Counted from the stretch's first letter, positions 36,015-52,277 are shown. The stretch is DNA of 64,000 nucleotides from Eledone cirrhosa (GCA_964016885.1 OZ024743.1:10044001-10108000), one strand, 5' to 3'. Notes: generated by a model not told the origin, from the letters alone. Made by a program: numbers and translations.

Positions 36015-36800
36015 TTGTTATACTTTGGGAGGGTCATGTTGCCAATAAGAAACACACGCACCAGTTGCTTTCACCTCAATTTATTATAATAAATTTATAA
36101 ATTTAGGAATTATAAATTTCCGGTTGGTTGGTTGGTTCCACAACCAGATGTTTGTTTATATATTGTCAAAGTTCTTTCGTCACACATTCTGTGACCTCTT
36201 CACAGACTGGGGATTCTTTTCTTTGTTTTTTGTGCCTCTCCTTTGTTCTGTCCTACGCCATCTTGTTTTTATGTGTGTGTTGTGTGCTTAGTTTGCGCAT
36301 GTGTTCACATCCGGGTGTCTGTGTGTGTTTATATTCGTTTATTTATTTGTTTATTTACATGTTATTGGTTGGTTGTTTGTTCTATGTGCGTGTGTGTTTT
36401 AATTTTGTCCTTAATTGTAAGTTGTGATGTTGCTGTTCCACTCATGAGTTCCACTCATGAGTTCCACTCATATTTAATTTCGTTTCGTTATTTGTTTTTA
36501 TCGTCTCCGTTGAACCGGTACGTACTCACGCTCTATGCAAATTAGTCTGCCCACTACTAATTTTCATAGAAAAAGCATATAACGATATGTGCTTTTACGA
36601 TTCTCCAGAAAGGCCGGAAGATAGGTAAATATTGCTGATGAGTTGTAACAACAACCAAACTAGTTCAATATTCCTTGTCTGGCTTTCTGGAGAATAGAGG
36701 AAAGGTGTTTCCTCAAAAACGAGTATGACTCTAAAAACCGGTTTGTCTGTGTGTTTACATACAGAATAGCTGGACACTCACAGTAAAGTGACCAGTGAAA
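36015..36800 (+). mobile_element. PLE-like non-coding terminal region (family C) containing a mutated hammerhead
   Basis: 36015-36285 is the reverse complement of 48030-48300, which abuts a PLE RT fragment. Hammerhead-like motif at 36628. Confidence 0.55.
36628..36671 (+). ncRNA. Type I minimal hammerhead, probably inactive (GAAA changed to CAAA)
   Basis: aatattg-CTGATGA-gttg(taacaa)caac-CAAAC-ta-GTT-caatatt: 7-bp stem I, 4-bp stem II, palindromic AACTAGTT stem III. Confidence 0.65.
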
Positions 36801-37054
36801 AACTTGGTACATCTACATATGTATACGTGTGTGTATTCATATGCATACTCGTATTTCAGTATACATATGTGGATGTACATTTTTAACTTAATTATATATA
36901 TATATATGTATATATATATATGTATATATGTATATATATATATGTATATGTATATATATATATTGTTATACTTTGGGAGGGTTATGTTGCCAATATCGGT
37001 TTCAACACACGATTTCAGATAAAGAATCTTGCTAAACAAATTCAGAAACGAAAT

Positions 37055-38537
<1,483 letters not shown>

Positions 38538-38662
38538 CTAGGGAGAGGATCAGGGGTGTATAACACTCCACTTATCCAGCAGGCAGTATAAGGTTAGCTC
38601 GATGTCTGAGGACAGAGCCGTGATATAATAAATAACAAAGAACGCCTATAGCATATGCATAT

Positions 38663-38720
38663 CTTTACTTGCTAACATTGTTTCATCCGCACTATAAGTG
38701 GAACTCATCAGAGCATAAAG
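38663..38720 (-). ncRNA. Type I hammerhead ribozyme (left arm)
   Basis: Reverse complement of 41502-41559. Confidence 0.75.
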
Positions 38721-39267
38721 GTTCATTACATACCATACAAGCAATAACAAATCCAAGACATTGAAGAATGAAAAATAATAGAAGATAAAGGATATTAAGG
38801 AAGTAAAAGTAAAAATAAGAATAAAAATAAAAATAAAAATAAAAATAAAATAATATAATAATAAAATAAACAATGAAAAATAAGGGGTGCTATCAGTCAC
38901 AGTTGGGCGGGGTGCTGTCAACATATAGTTACATACAAGCATACACATGGATAAGAGAACAGACAAGAGTAGATAAGATAGATAGGATTAGGTAAGAGTA
39001 GGTAAAAAATAGGTGAAAAACAGACTTATAATATATATAAGAAAATATAAAGAAATATATAACAAACTTACATATAAAATATAAAATATACAGATAATAG
39101 TGATACAGGGTAAGGAATGAAATAAAATAATATAAAATTAAAATTAAAATTATATAAAATAGAACATAATATAATATAATCATAAAATAAGATAAAATAA
39201 GGTAAACTAAAATAAAATAAAATAGACTAAAGTAAAATAATATAATATAAGATATAATTAAATGTAA

Positions 39268-39303
<36 letters not shown>

Positions 39304-39360
39304 AACTAAATAAATAAATAAAATTAAAATTAAAATTAAATAAATAAATAAATAAATAAG

Positions 39361-39395
<35 letters not shown>

Positions 39396-40806
39396 ATGAA
39401 ATTAAATAAGTAAATAAATAAAATTAGATAAAATGAAATGAAATAAAATAAAATAAAATGAAATAAAGTAAATTGAGATAAGATATATATTTTTTTAGAA
39501 TATATCTCTTGAATATATCAGGGGCCCACGAAGGCACTAAGTGTCACAGTCATCTGTATCACTTGACCATTTTTTTAAAATATATTTCTTGAAAACATCA
39601 GGGGCCCACGAAGGCACTAAGTGTCACAGTCACCAGTATCACTTGACCATTGCAAGGCAATGGAGGCGTCCCAGGTTGGGCAGTCTCAAAAGTTCACTCG
39701 AAAGTCACAGGTGTGCATTCACACAGTTGAGCGGTGGGGTAATCACAAACCGGTTCACACCCGGGCAGGAGTCCAATGGTCAAACAGAGGTGCATCGAAG
39801 GGAGGTAGGAGAATTCACGTGCAGTAGCAAGCGAGGTGCAGGCGGGTTAGCCAAAGCGAGCAGACACAGTTGGAGCGCATACAAAAGATATATAAAAAGA
39901 CAAAAGATATATAAAAAATATAGCTTCAAGAGCCATGAAGTCACCGCATTGGGACATCACAAGATTGTACACATCAATATGTTCAGCACGTATATGCACA
40001 TATACACACCACATGCATATGCAGAGACGGTATACATATATATATATATTTTTTTTTATATACAGACATATACAACCACCTACACCCATACACATATAAA
40101 TGTATACACAGACACACACGCACACACACACAACGTAGGACACCCGGGTCAAAGCTGATATTAAACACCGAAATACCACATTAGGCAAGACCAACCACCA
40201 CGGATAATACATTCAAAATAAATACATACGATGAGATGTAGTAAAGTAAAGTTGAATTCCTACGGAGATAATCATGTCCGCACGTGCCATTGCCCGATTC
40301 AAGTGTACACAGACCGTTAGTAACTACGGAGGGCTATCGGGGCCAAAACGTTACTTTCGGGATCATAACAACGACCGTCAATATATGGAAGGCCGATCGT
40401 GCTAGAAAGACTACAACCCCGGGCAAGAGCTCCCAGAAGTCAGCCTGTAGATCTTAAACCACAGAATATGAGGGCAACACGTACATGCGCCACGTATCTA
40501 CTGCTTACGGCGGGATGGCACAGGTCCGCCCACAGTTACAGGCTAAATTTCTATTAGTGCAGTCTATATCACAGTACACGCTCTACATAGATACATTACA
40601 TCACAGTTTTCAAGAAATATATTTTAAAAAAATGGTCAAGTGATACAGATGACTGTGACACTTAGTGCCTTCGTGGGCCCCTGATATATTCAAGAGATAT
40701 ATTCTAAAAAAATATATATCTTATCTCAATTTACTTTATTTCATTTTATTTTATTTTATTTCATTTCATTTTATCTAATTTTATTTATTTACTTATTTAA
40801 TTTCAT

Positions 40807-40841
<35 letters not shown>

Positions 40842-40910
40842 CTTATTTATTTATTTATTTATTTAAATTTAATTTTAATTTTAATTTTAATTTTATTTAT
40901 TTATTTAGTT

Positions 40911-40954
<44 letters not shown>

Positions 40955-41501
40955 TTACATTTAATTATATCTTATATTATATTATTTTACTTTAGTCTAT
41001 TTTATTTTATTTTAGTTTACCTTATTTTATCTTATTTTATGATTATATTATATTATGTTCTATTTTATATAATTTTAATTTTAATTTTATATTATTTTAT
41101 TTCATTCCTTACCCTGTATCACTATTATCTGTATATTTTATATTTTATATGTAAGTTTGTTATATATTTCTTTATATTTTCTTATATATATTATAAGTCT
41201 GTTTTTCACCTATTTTTTACCTACTCTTACCTAATCCTATCTATCTTATCTACTCTTGTCTGTTCTCTTATCCATGTGTATGCTTGTATGTAACTATATG
41301 TTGACAGCACCCCGCCCAACTGTGACTGATAGCACCCCTTATTTTTCATTGTTTATTTTATTATTATATTATTTTATTTTTATTTTTATTTTTATTTTTA
41401 TTCTTATTTTTACTTTTACTTCCTTAATATCCTTTATCTTCTATTATTTTTCATTCTTCAATGTCTTGGATTTGTTATTGCTTGTATGGTATGTAATGAA
41501 C

Positions 41502-41559
41502 CTTTATGCTCTGATGAGTTCCACTTATAGTGCGGATGAAACAATGTTAGCAAGTAAAG
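41502..41559 (+). ncRNA. Type I hammerhead ribozyme (right arm)
   Basis: ctttatgct-CTGATGA-gttccact(tat)agtgcggat-GAAAC-aat-GTT-agca(ag)taaag. Intact core, 9-bp stem I with a 2-nt bulge, near-palindromic mini stem III. Confidence 0.75.
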
Positions 41560-41716
41560 ATATGCATATGCTATAGGCGTTCTTTGTTATTTATTATATT
41601 ATATATATGTATATGTATGTATATATATATGTATATATATATATGTATATATATATATGTATATATATATATGTATATATATATATGTATATATATATAT
41701 GTATGTATGTATATAT

Positions 41717-41747
<31 letters not shown>

Positions 41748-41845
41748 TATATATATATATGTATATGTATGTATATATGTATGTATATATATATATATAT
41801 GTATGTATATATTTATATATGTATGTATATATATGTATATGTATG

Positions 41846-41911
<66 letters not shown>

Positions 41912-41982
41912 CATACATATACATATATATACATACATATATAAATATATACATACATATATATATATATATACATACATAT

Positions 41983-42035
<53 letters not shown>

Positions 42036-42043
42036 CATACATA

Positions 42044-42077
<34 letters not shown>

Positions 42078-42250
42078 TATATATATATGTATGTATATAT
42101 ATATATGTATGTATATATATATATGTATGTATATATATATATATGTATATATATATGTATGTATATATATATGTATGTATATATATATGTATGTATGTAT
42201 ATGTATATATGTATGTATGTATGTATATATGTATGTATGTATGTATATAT

Positions 42251-42859
42251 GTCAGGTCACCAGTTGGTGCTACTGGTAACATGTATCCCAGTACAACCTG
42301 TCTCATGGTCGGGTCGTTGGCGACTAAACTGGCAACCCGACCAAGGTTTCTTCGTGAGGAGGGTGACTTTGGACATCCTGCAGGATTAAAAACAAAACCT
42401 GTCAAAGGGCAAAGGAGCTCTTAAGAGTCAATGGCCATCCAAAATCACCGGGAGAGATGACCCCTTAGTCTTTGTCAAGGCAGAATTCTAGGAGAAGGAA
42501 AATTATGATATAACACCTGCAACCCTGATGGTATCCAATGATGTTGACTTGTTCTTCTTTTTGGTAAATATCATCTTGGTTAAGAGAGTGGGACTGGCTT
42601 TGTGCAGTGCCTTTGCTCACTATAAAAGCTTCACGGCACAGGCATTGCTTTATATCTGGAGATCTCTCTGCACTTGTCGTCACATGGTCCTATGGGCCCA
42701 GCACTATGTGTCATAATTGTCACAAGTGTAGTGTTTGTACCAGAGTTTTCAAGTCGCTGGCTGGACTAAAAAGTCACACTCGTTCAGCGCATTGGTAGGG
42801 GTTCTCCTACATGGATATAAAGTAGTGGCCGTACTCGAAAATGAGTTGGCAGCCACCAT
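42251..42859 (+). mobile_element. Non-autonomous RTE-derived bipartite element, copy 1 (~610 bp)
   Basis: Contains an RTE 5' UTR-like motif ctaggagaaggaaaa and an RTE-like C-terminal C2H2 finger [26 protein letters not shown] tail. Repeated four times in the window. Confidence 0.7.
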
Positions 42860-43100
42860 ATGTATGTATATATGTATGTATATATATATGTATGTATATA
42901 TATATGTATGTATATATATATGTATGTATGTATATATATATATGTATGTATATATATATGTATGTATATATATATATGTATATATATATGTATATATATG
43001 TATGTATGTATATATATGTATGTATGTATATATATATATATATATGTATGTATATATGTATATATATATATATATGTATGTATATATGTATATATATATG

Positions 43101-43145
<45 letters not shown>

Positions 43146-43304
43146 ATATATATATGTATGTATGTATATATATATGTATGTATATATGTATATATATATG
43201 TATATATGTATATATATGTATATATATATATATATACATACATATATATATATATGTATATATATATATGTATGTATGTATGTATATATATATATATATG
43301 TATG

Positions 43305-43335
<31 letters not shown>

Positions 43336-43526
43336 GTATGTATATATATATATGTATGTATATATATATATATGTATGTATGTATATATATATGTATGTA
43401 TATATATATGTATATATATATGTGTGTATATATATATGTATGTATGTATATATATATATGTATGTATATATATATGTATGTATGTATATATATATGTATG
43501 TATGTATGTATATATACATACATACA

Positions 43527-43640
43527 TGTGGCTGAGTGGTTAGAGAATTGGATTCGCAATCGTAAGGTTGTGAGTTCGATTCCTGGACTAGGCGATGCGC
43601 TATGTCCTTGAGCAAGACACTTTATTTCACGTTGCTCCTT
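43527..43640 (+). mobile_element. tRNA-derived head of SINE family B
   Basis: TGGCTGAGTGG A box and GAGTTCGATTCC B box, then tgtccttgagcaagacactttatttcac. Confidence 0.8.
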
Positions 43641-43859
43641 CTACCTGGAGTCGCGACCGATAGATAGTATTAGCAATTAGAAAGACCAACGGAAACACTG
43701 TTCCCTCGGTCCGATTTGACGAAAGTCGATCGTCTCCTATATGTATGTATATATATATATGTATATATATATGTATGTATGTATATATATATATATATAT
43801 GTGTATGTATGTATGTATATATGTATGTATGTATGTATATATGTATATATATATGTTAT

Positions 43860-44469
43860 GTCAGGTCACCACTTGGTGCTACTGGTAACATGTATCCCAG
43901 TACAACCTGTCTCATGGTCGGGTCGTTGGCGACTAAACTGGCAACCCCACTAAGGTTTCTTGGTGAGGAGGGTGACTTTGGACATCCTGCAGGACTAAAA
44001 ACAAAACCTGTCAAAGGGCAAAGGAGCTCTTAAGAGTCAATGGCCATCCAAAATCACTGGGAGAGATGACCCCTTAGCCTTTGTCAAGGCAGAATTCTAG
44101 GAGAAGGAAAACTCTGATATAACACCTGCAACCCTTATGGTATCCAATGATGTTGACTTGTTCTTCTTTTTGGTAAATATCATCTTGGTTAAGAGAGTGG
44201 GACTGGCTTTGTGCAGTGCCTTTGCTCACTATAAAAGCTTCACGGCACAGGCATTGCTTTATATCTGGAGATCTCTCTGCACTTGCCGTCACATGGTACC
44301 ATGGGCCCAGCACTATGTGTCAGTGATTGTCACAAGTGTAGTGTTTGTGCCAGAGTTTTCGAGTCGCTGACTGGACTAAGAAGTCACACTCGTTCGGCGC
44401 ATCGGTAGGGGTTCTCCTACATGGATATAAGGTAGTGGCCGTACTCGAAAACGAGTTGGCAGCCACCAT
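43860..44469 (+). mobile_element. RTE-derived bipartite element, copy 2
   Basis: High identity to 42251-42859. Confidence 0.75.
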
Positions 44470-44485
44470 ATATATATGTATGTGT

Positions 44486-45095
44486 GTCAGGTCACCAGTT
44501 GGTGCTACTGGTAACATGTATCATAGTACAACCTGTCTCATAGTCGGGTCGTTGGCGACTAAACTGGCAACCCCACCAAGGTTTCTTGGTGAGGAGGGTG
44601 GCTTTGGACATCCTGCAGGACTAAAAACAAAACCTGTCAAAAGGCAAAGGGGCTCTTAAGAGTCAATAGCCATCCAAAATCACCGGGAGAGATGACCCCT
44701 TAGCCTTTGTCAAGGCAAAATTCTAGGAGAAGGAAAACTCTGATATAACACCTGCAACCCTGATGGTATCCAATGATGTTGAATTGTTCTTCTTTTTGGT
44801 AAATATCATCTTGGTTAAGAGAGTGGGACTGGCTTTGTGCAGTGCCTTTGCTCACTATAAAAGCTTCACGGCACAGGCATTGCTTTATATCTGGAGATCT
44901 CTCTGCACTTGTCGTCACATGGTACCATGGGCCCAGCACTATGTGTCAATAATTGTCACAAGTGCAGTGTTTGTACCAGAGTTTTCAAGTCGCTGGCTGG
45001 ACTAAAAAGTCACACTCGTTCAGCCGATTTGTAGGGGTTCTCCTACATGGATATAAAGTAGTGGCCGTACTCGAAAACGAGTTGGCAGCCACCAT
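44486..45095 (+). mobile_element. RTE-derived bipartite element, copy 3 (tandem to copy 2)
   Basis: High identity; separated from copy 2 by about 16 nt of TATG. Confidence 0.75.
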
Positions 45096-46084
<989 letters not shown>

Positions 46085-47307
46085 TAATAATAATAAATTT
46101 GAAGACTAAAATACAAAGAGGGCAGATCCTAGCTACGGCTAGATCGTATAACGGAAATAAAAGACCATGTGGCCTCTGCGCCGCTGAGGCACTGGAAACA
46201 CTCTACGCCACAGACCACATCTTAAACAAAAAATCTGAGGCAATTTCGGCTTGTAAACATAAATTGCTCAAAACTTTCCTGTATTACAGCCCCACGTTAT
46301 ACCCTAACGGATAGTACGATCTATACGTGGATAGTTTACGTCTTGATGTGGTAGCTAAGTATATGTTTTGTTTATACCATTACTTATTCGCATAGGTAAG
46401 TATATATTACCTGTATGTTTTGCGAAGGGACGTATACTTTCTCGTACGTATATTTGATTGTATATGTTATGGCGTCTAATTTTTATATATTCTGGTACAT
46501 ATGGTTTGGCTATGTGTATACGGGAGTTTTGCGTCCGTGTGAGTATGCAGGTTCGTACGTATGTAGGGTGTGTGTATATGTGTACTTCATGTTTTGGTTG
46601 ACGTGGTCTCCGAACATTTGTGTATTTACATGTAGGTATGTGTGTGCGCTTGTTATATACGTATTTATTTATTTATATACGTTTATTTAATTATTTATTT
46701 ATTTATTTGTATACACGCACACACACACATATTTATATGTGCGTGGTTTTGTATACCTATGGCAAGGGTTTTCGCGTTTGCTTGTGTATGTACGTACTTG
46801 CATGCGTGTATGTATTTATTTAATTTCTATTACCTCTGTATTGTATTTTATTGACTTTATTCTTAACTCTGAAGCGGAGATTCACTCGGTTTCCTAGTTA
46901 GAATTTTAGTCTACGACTTCTGCTATACCATTTACGTGGTTTTGTCTTTGCGTGCTATTGTTCTCCACGCACCACATATGACGTATTATCTTCGTTTCTT
47001 CGTTCATTGCCAGAGAACGTCTCTATGAACCACCTAAGAGAACATTAGTCTACGACTTCTTTTATACCATAAACGTGGTTCTGTCTTTGTGCGTAATTGT
47101 TTTTCACCGCTCCTATTAATGACGTATTATATTCGTTTTTTCCCGTTCTTTACCAGGGAACGTTTCCACGTCTTCCTCCGGTTGCAACGTTTTTTGAAAT
47201 ATCCACTTCTGCGTTTACAGATTGACTTTGTTAGTTTCAGAAGATCCCGTTAAGGGTGAAAGCAGCGATTCTTTGCTTAAACTTTAATCTATTATTTTAA
47301 TAAATAT
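46085..47307 (+). mobile_element. 5'-truncated Penelope-like element: GIY-YIG C-terminus, 3' UTR/pLTR with hammerhead-like motif, and a short inverted terminus at 46085-46123
   Basis: QILATARSYNGNKRPCGLCAAEALETL...ILNKKSEAISACKH* matches the W.IL....Y.....CxLC..E...LN..SE....C.H tail. Internal ~120-bp duplication at 46906-47022 / 47046-47166. Confidence 0.8.
47233..47283 (+). ncRNA. Type I hammerhead-like motif, variant core CAGAAGA
   Basis: Identical to 1951-2001. Confidence 0.55.
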
Positions 47308-47325
47308 ACATATATATATATATGT

Positions 47326-47411
<86 letters not shown>

Positions 47412-47413
47412 GC

Positions 47414-47488
<75 letters not shown>

Positions 47489-47519
47489 CATATATATATA
47501 TACATATATATACATATCA

Positions 47520-48030
47520 AATTCAAAAGCGGAGGAATAATAAACCCCAGAATGACATAAATACATTCCTAAAAAAGCTACGAACCACCAATGGAATTAT
47601 TGTCAAAGCGGACAAAATATCAAATGTGTATACGATGGATGTTAATACATACAATAGCTTCATACGGAAGGAATTACATAGGAAATACAAAAAAACTAAT
47701 AAGGCGGCACTGATAAACATCAACAACGAGGCACACAATATAGTCAAACACCTAGGAATAGACGACAGAACGGAGCCACTTAGGCCATGTACCCCCACAT
47801 TTAATCTCAAGGACCACAAGGTAAATTTTGATTATAACCCCACAATTAGACTTATATGCCCGTCCAAATCGGACATCGGGAAAATTAGTAAACATATATT
47901 AGACAGAGTGATAGCACAAATGAAGAATAAACTAGTGATTAAACTATGGGGTAACGCTACCGAAACAATTAAGTGGTTTAACAATATAGCTAACAAAGAA
48001 GTATCTAAATTTATACAATTTGACATTAAC
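47520..48030 (+). mobile_element. Penelope-like (Naiad-like) RT N-terminal fragment
   Basis: [11 protein letters not shown]...[33 protein letters not shown]...[11 protein letters not shown]...FIQFDI, truncated at RT motif A. Confidence 0.85.
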
Positions 48031-48360
48031 AATTTGACACACACCAAAACTAGATGGCGTAGGACAGAACAAAGGAGAGGCACAAAAAACAAAGAAAAGA
48101 ATCCCCAGTCAGTGAAAAGGTCACAGAATGTGTGACGAAGGAACTTTGACAATGTATAAACAACCATCTGGTTGTGGAACCAACCAACCAACCGGAAATT
48201 TATAATTCCTAAATTTATAAATTTATTATAATAAATTGAAGTGAAAGCAACTGGTGCGTGTGTTTCTTATTGGCAACATGACCCTCCCAAAGTATAACAA
48301 TATCAGTTTCAACACACGTTTTCAGATAAAGAATCTTGCTAAACAAATTCAGAAACGAAA
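48030..48360 (-). mobile_element. Inverted family C terminal segment fused to the RT fragment
   Basis: Reverse complement of 36015-36285, followed by a ~60-nt block shared with 36992-37055. Confidence 0.65.
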
Positions 48361-48986
48361 TATATATATATATTTATCTCTTTATATCTCCCCCCTCTCT
48401 TTCTCCCTCTCTATCCATCCCTCCCACTATGATCAATTTAATTCTCTTTAACTCACTACGTTCCACGACATGAAGCCTGCTATCAAAACTGACCAAGGAA
48501 TCCTTCCACCTCTACCCCTCCCTCCATCTCAGTTTGTCACTCTACTTCCTACCTCTTCCCCTTTCCTCTATATACTATTCCGTTTGTCCCCTCACCTCCT
48601 CATTCCTCTCTCTCGTACTAGTAAATACAATTCCAAATAAATGTTTTTCTCTATATATTAAGAATTATTTCAAGAGTAACTTACTCACTATTTTGAAAAC
48701 TTGGACTGTGAACAACAATTATAATTGAGTGGCTGCTATTTGCAGTATAGCTATATAAGGTTGCACTTACCAATGAAACGGTCGTAAATACCTGGATAAA
48801 ATCCTTCTCTTAATGCTTACCTGTGTTTTCTCTTTTATACTTTATACTCCAAGATTGAACCGAATTCTTACAAGCTTGTGGAGTTCCCCCTAACCGTACG
48901 TTGAAACCATCCATGAAACAGGCTTTCTTAACCAAGAACTGGATCACAATAAGCAATTTTTTGCTTCTCTAACTACATATATATAT

Positions 48987-49019
<33 letters not shown>

Positions 49020-49022
49020 CAT

Positions 49023-49380
49023 ATGGTGGCTGCCAACTCGTTTTCGAGTACAGCCACTACTTTATATCCATGTAGGAGAACCCCCTACCGATGCACTGAA
49101 CGAGTGTGACTTTTTAGTCCAGCTAGCGACTTGAAAACTCTGGTACAAACACTACACTTGTGACAATTATTGACACATAGTGCTGGGCCCATGGTACCAT
49201 GTGACGACAAGTGCAGAGAGATCTCCAGATATAAAGCAATGCCTGTGCCGTGAAGCATTTATAGTGAGCAAAGGCACTGCATCCTGCAGGATGTCCAAAG
49301 TCACCCTCCTCACCAAGAAACCTTGGTGGGGTTGCCAGTTTAGTCACCAACAACCCACTAGAACCAACTGGTGACCTGAC
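49023..49380 (-). mobile_element. RTE-derived bipartite element, copy 4 (internally deleted)
   Basis: Reverse complement of both ends of the 610-bp unit, with a deletion joining tcctgcagga to tgcagtgcc. Confidence 0.75.
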
Positions 49381-49399
49381 ATAAATATATACATATATA

Positions 49400-49760
49400 T
49401 ATCATCATCATCATCATCAGGTTTAGCGTCCGTGTTCCACGCTTGCATGGGTTTGGACGGGGGTGTTCCCACTTGAGGCAAGAATGGTTGTCTTGCTCGC
49501 ATAGGACTGTCTGGCGGGTTTTCTACAGTTGGATGCCCTTCCTAACACCAACCACATTTACAGTGTGGGGCTGGGAGGTTTTTACCGTGTTGCCTACACG
49601 GCCACATTACAGCGTGGACTGGCTGGCGGGTTTTCTACAGCTGGATGCCCTTCCTAACACCAACCACATTTACAGTGTGGGGCTGGGAGGTTTTTACCGT
49701 GTTGCCTACACGGCCACATTTACAGCGTGGACTGTGTGTTTTTTGTCGTGACACCTACAC
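49400..49760 (-). mobile_element. SINE family B-like 3' region with a ~105-bp internal tandem duplication
   Basis: (ATC)n tail; ctggcgggttttctacag.tggatgcccttcctaacaccaaccac occurs twice. Confidence 0.65.
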
Positions 49761-50069
49761 GATCTCATTTGTTTCGGCCTGGATGTTGTGGGACCAACAT
49801 AACTTTACATTGAAAGGGGCGGTGTGGGTGGGGTGGAGGTGGTGGGACGGGGGTGTGTTTTGATAGAGATGCCTACTGACTGTAGTAGGTTTTTACTTTG
49901 TATTTAGGTAAGACGGGTCTTCTCTATTACTGAGTACCGCCAAAGGTCTCGGTCCAGTGACATTGTCTTGGAGAGGTGTAAGCGTGTGAGGTCGGAATTT
50001 ATCAGCTCGTCCCATGTTTTTCTGGGTCTGCCTACTCCGTGGCTACCGTCTATCTTTATTGCCCTGCAC

Positions 50070-50095
50070 TTTGTATATGTATATGTATGTATGTG

Positions 50096-50126
<31 letters not shown>

Positions 50127-50836
50127 GCATGTATATGTATATATATATGTATATGTATATGTATATATATATGTGTATATGTATATATGTGTATATGTAT
50201 ATATATATGTATATGTTAATTACACTTAATATATATATGTATATGTATATGTATATATATATATGTATATGTATATATATATATGTATATGTATATATAT
50301 ATATGTATATGTATATATATATATGTATATGTATATATATATGTGTATATGTATATATATGTGTATATGTATATATATGTGTATATGTATATATATGTGT
50401 ATATGTATATATATGTGTATATGTATATATATGTGTATATATATATGTGTATATGTATATATATGTGTATATGTATATATATATGTGTATATGTATATAT
50501 ATATATGTATATGTATATATATATGTATATATGTGTATATATATATGTATATATGTGTATATGTATATATATATATGTATATATGTGTATATATGTGTAT
50601 ATGTATGTATATATGTGTATATATATGTATGTATATGTGTGTATATATATGTATGTATATATGTGTATATATATGTATGTATATGTGTGTATATGTGTAT
50701 ATATGTATATATATGTATATGTATATATATGTATCATCATCATCATCATCATCATCAGGTTTATATATATACATATATATGTATATATACATACATATAT
50801 ATATATACGTATATATATATATATATATATATATAC

Positions 50837-50903
<67 letters not shown>

Positions 50904-50905
50904 CA
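50070..50905. repeat. TA/TATG/TGTA microsatellite array
   Basis: Direct reading. Confidence 0.95.
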
Positions 50906-50934
50906 TGCATTAGTATTGGTGTTGTTGTTAGGGT

Positions 50935-51292
50935 AGTGAATCGATAGTAGCGGTATGGAGTTACGACTGTTTAAATTCTGAGTTTAAATCCCGCCGAGGT
51001 TAGCTTTGCCTTTCATTCTTACAGAATCGATAAAATAAAGCACCTGTAATGCACTGAGGTCGATTTAATCGACTTTCCCCTCCTTTTGCCTATAGTACCA
51101 ATCATTATTATAACATGCTTTGCGGCATAAAGATTCGGTCCTTTATATTCTGAGTTCAAATCCCACCGACATCAGCTTTGCTTTTAATCATTGAGTCGAT
51201 AAAAGAAGTACCAATAGTGCACTGAGATTGAAGCAATCGACCCCCCCCCCCCGCTACTAATTGCTGGTCATGTGCTTAAAGTAGATATTATT
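50935..51292 (+). mobile_element. Two tandem diverged SINE family A copies
   Basis: gagtttaaatcccgccgaggttagctttgcctttca and gagttcaaatcccaccgac...gagtcgataaaagaagtacc. Confidence 0.75.
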
Positions 51293-51936
51293 GATTCTGA
51301 AAAATGTTCATTGTCCTATTCATGACAATAATAGTGATAATCATCATCATCAAAATCATAACTGCTATCATCATATAAAGTGGCTATCAGCACGAAGAAC
51401 ATCTGTTCCAATGTTTCTATATAAATACATTCCATCTATGTTGAAATGGAAAACTGAGTTTAAATTGGCAAAATGAAATTTATTCCATTTGACCAAGATA
51501 AATAATTGAAGGTCTGGATAATATTGATAGACTTAACTCAAATATGTTACTGGTGCTTATAGGCTTTGGAAATATAAGCTGCAATGTTTGACCCATCCAT
51601 CATTTCAAATTGAAGCTGAGTGTCAGAACTAAATACATTAAAGTATTAAGTCTAGTGATATAGTGCTTTGAACAAGTGCTTTCCTTAATTCCTATAACGT
51701 TGTAGAAGAGGGACATAGTTAAATTTCACAATTTTGTAGGTAAAATGTAGCTTATTTGAGTCAACCCATTGCTTGCCTGTCAATTATTTTATAAACCAGA
51801 GGAATGAAAGGTAGGGTCAGTGTTGCAGGATTTAGAAGATCTAGAGTAAATAATCTAAACATATTTATTCTACTGCTGTACCCTGTCTACTTTTCTTTTA
51901 ACCTAAAAATCATTTATTATTCCTAATAAAAGACAA

Positions 51937-52277
51937 TCATCATTCATCATCATTTCATTTTACGTTCGCTTTTTCCCTGCTTGCAAGGATGGGATTCTGG
52001 CTTGATTTCTACAGCTGGATGCCCTTCCTAACACCAACCTCATTTACAGTGAGTGCTGGGCGCTTTTTTTTTTTTCCCGTGGCACCTACACGTCCACTTT
52101 ACAGTGGAATGATAGGGACCCCAGTCCCTATCATCTCATTTCTACAGCTGAGTAAACTGGAGCAATGTGAAATAAAGTGTCTTGCTCAAGGAAACAACAC
52201 ATCGCCTGGTCTGAGAATTGAACTCACAACCTTTCGATTGCAAGACCAATGCTCTAACCACTAAGCCATGTGCCTCA
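51937..52277 (-). mobile_element. Full SINE family B copy (tRNA head, body, RTE-like tail, (ATG)n)
   Basis: Minus strand TGGCTTAGTGG...GAGTTCAATTC...ttgagcaagacactttatttcac...ggttggtgttaggaagggcatccagctgtagaaa...(atg)n. Confidence 0.8.

Larger units (their letters stand above)
38538..41599. mobile_element. Fold-back element: ~975-bp inverted arms (38623-39596 / 40606-41599), ~1-kb spacer, 85-nt left overhang, a hammerhead in each arm, no credible ORF
   Basis: Arms are near-identical reverse complements; the ORF track shows the same peptides on opposite strands (38646-38966 vs 41256-41576). Flanked by TA/TATG arrays. Confidence 0.85.

Noticed and set aside
43527-43600. Possible tRNA gene
   Set aside because: Poor acceptor and anticodon stems, followed by a SINE body, and repeated elsewhere in the window.
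46099-46314. Selenocysteine recoding, as reported for some Naiad PLEs
   Set aside because: The visible Cys positions use TGT/TGC; no in-frame TGA or SECIS element was seen.
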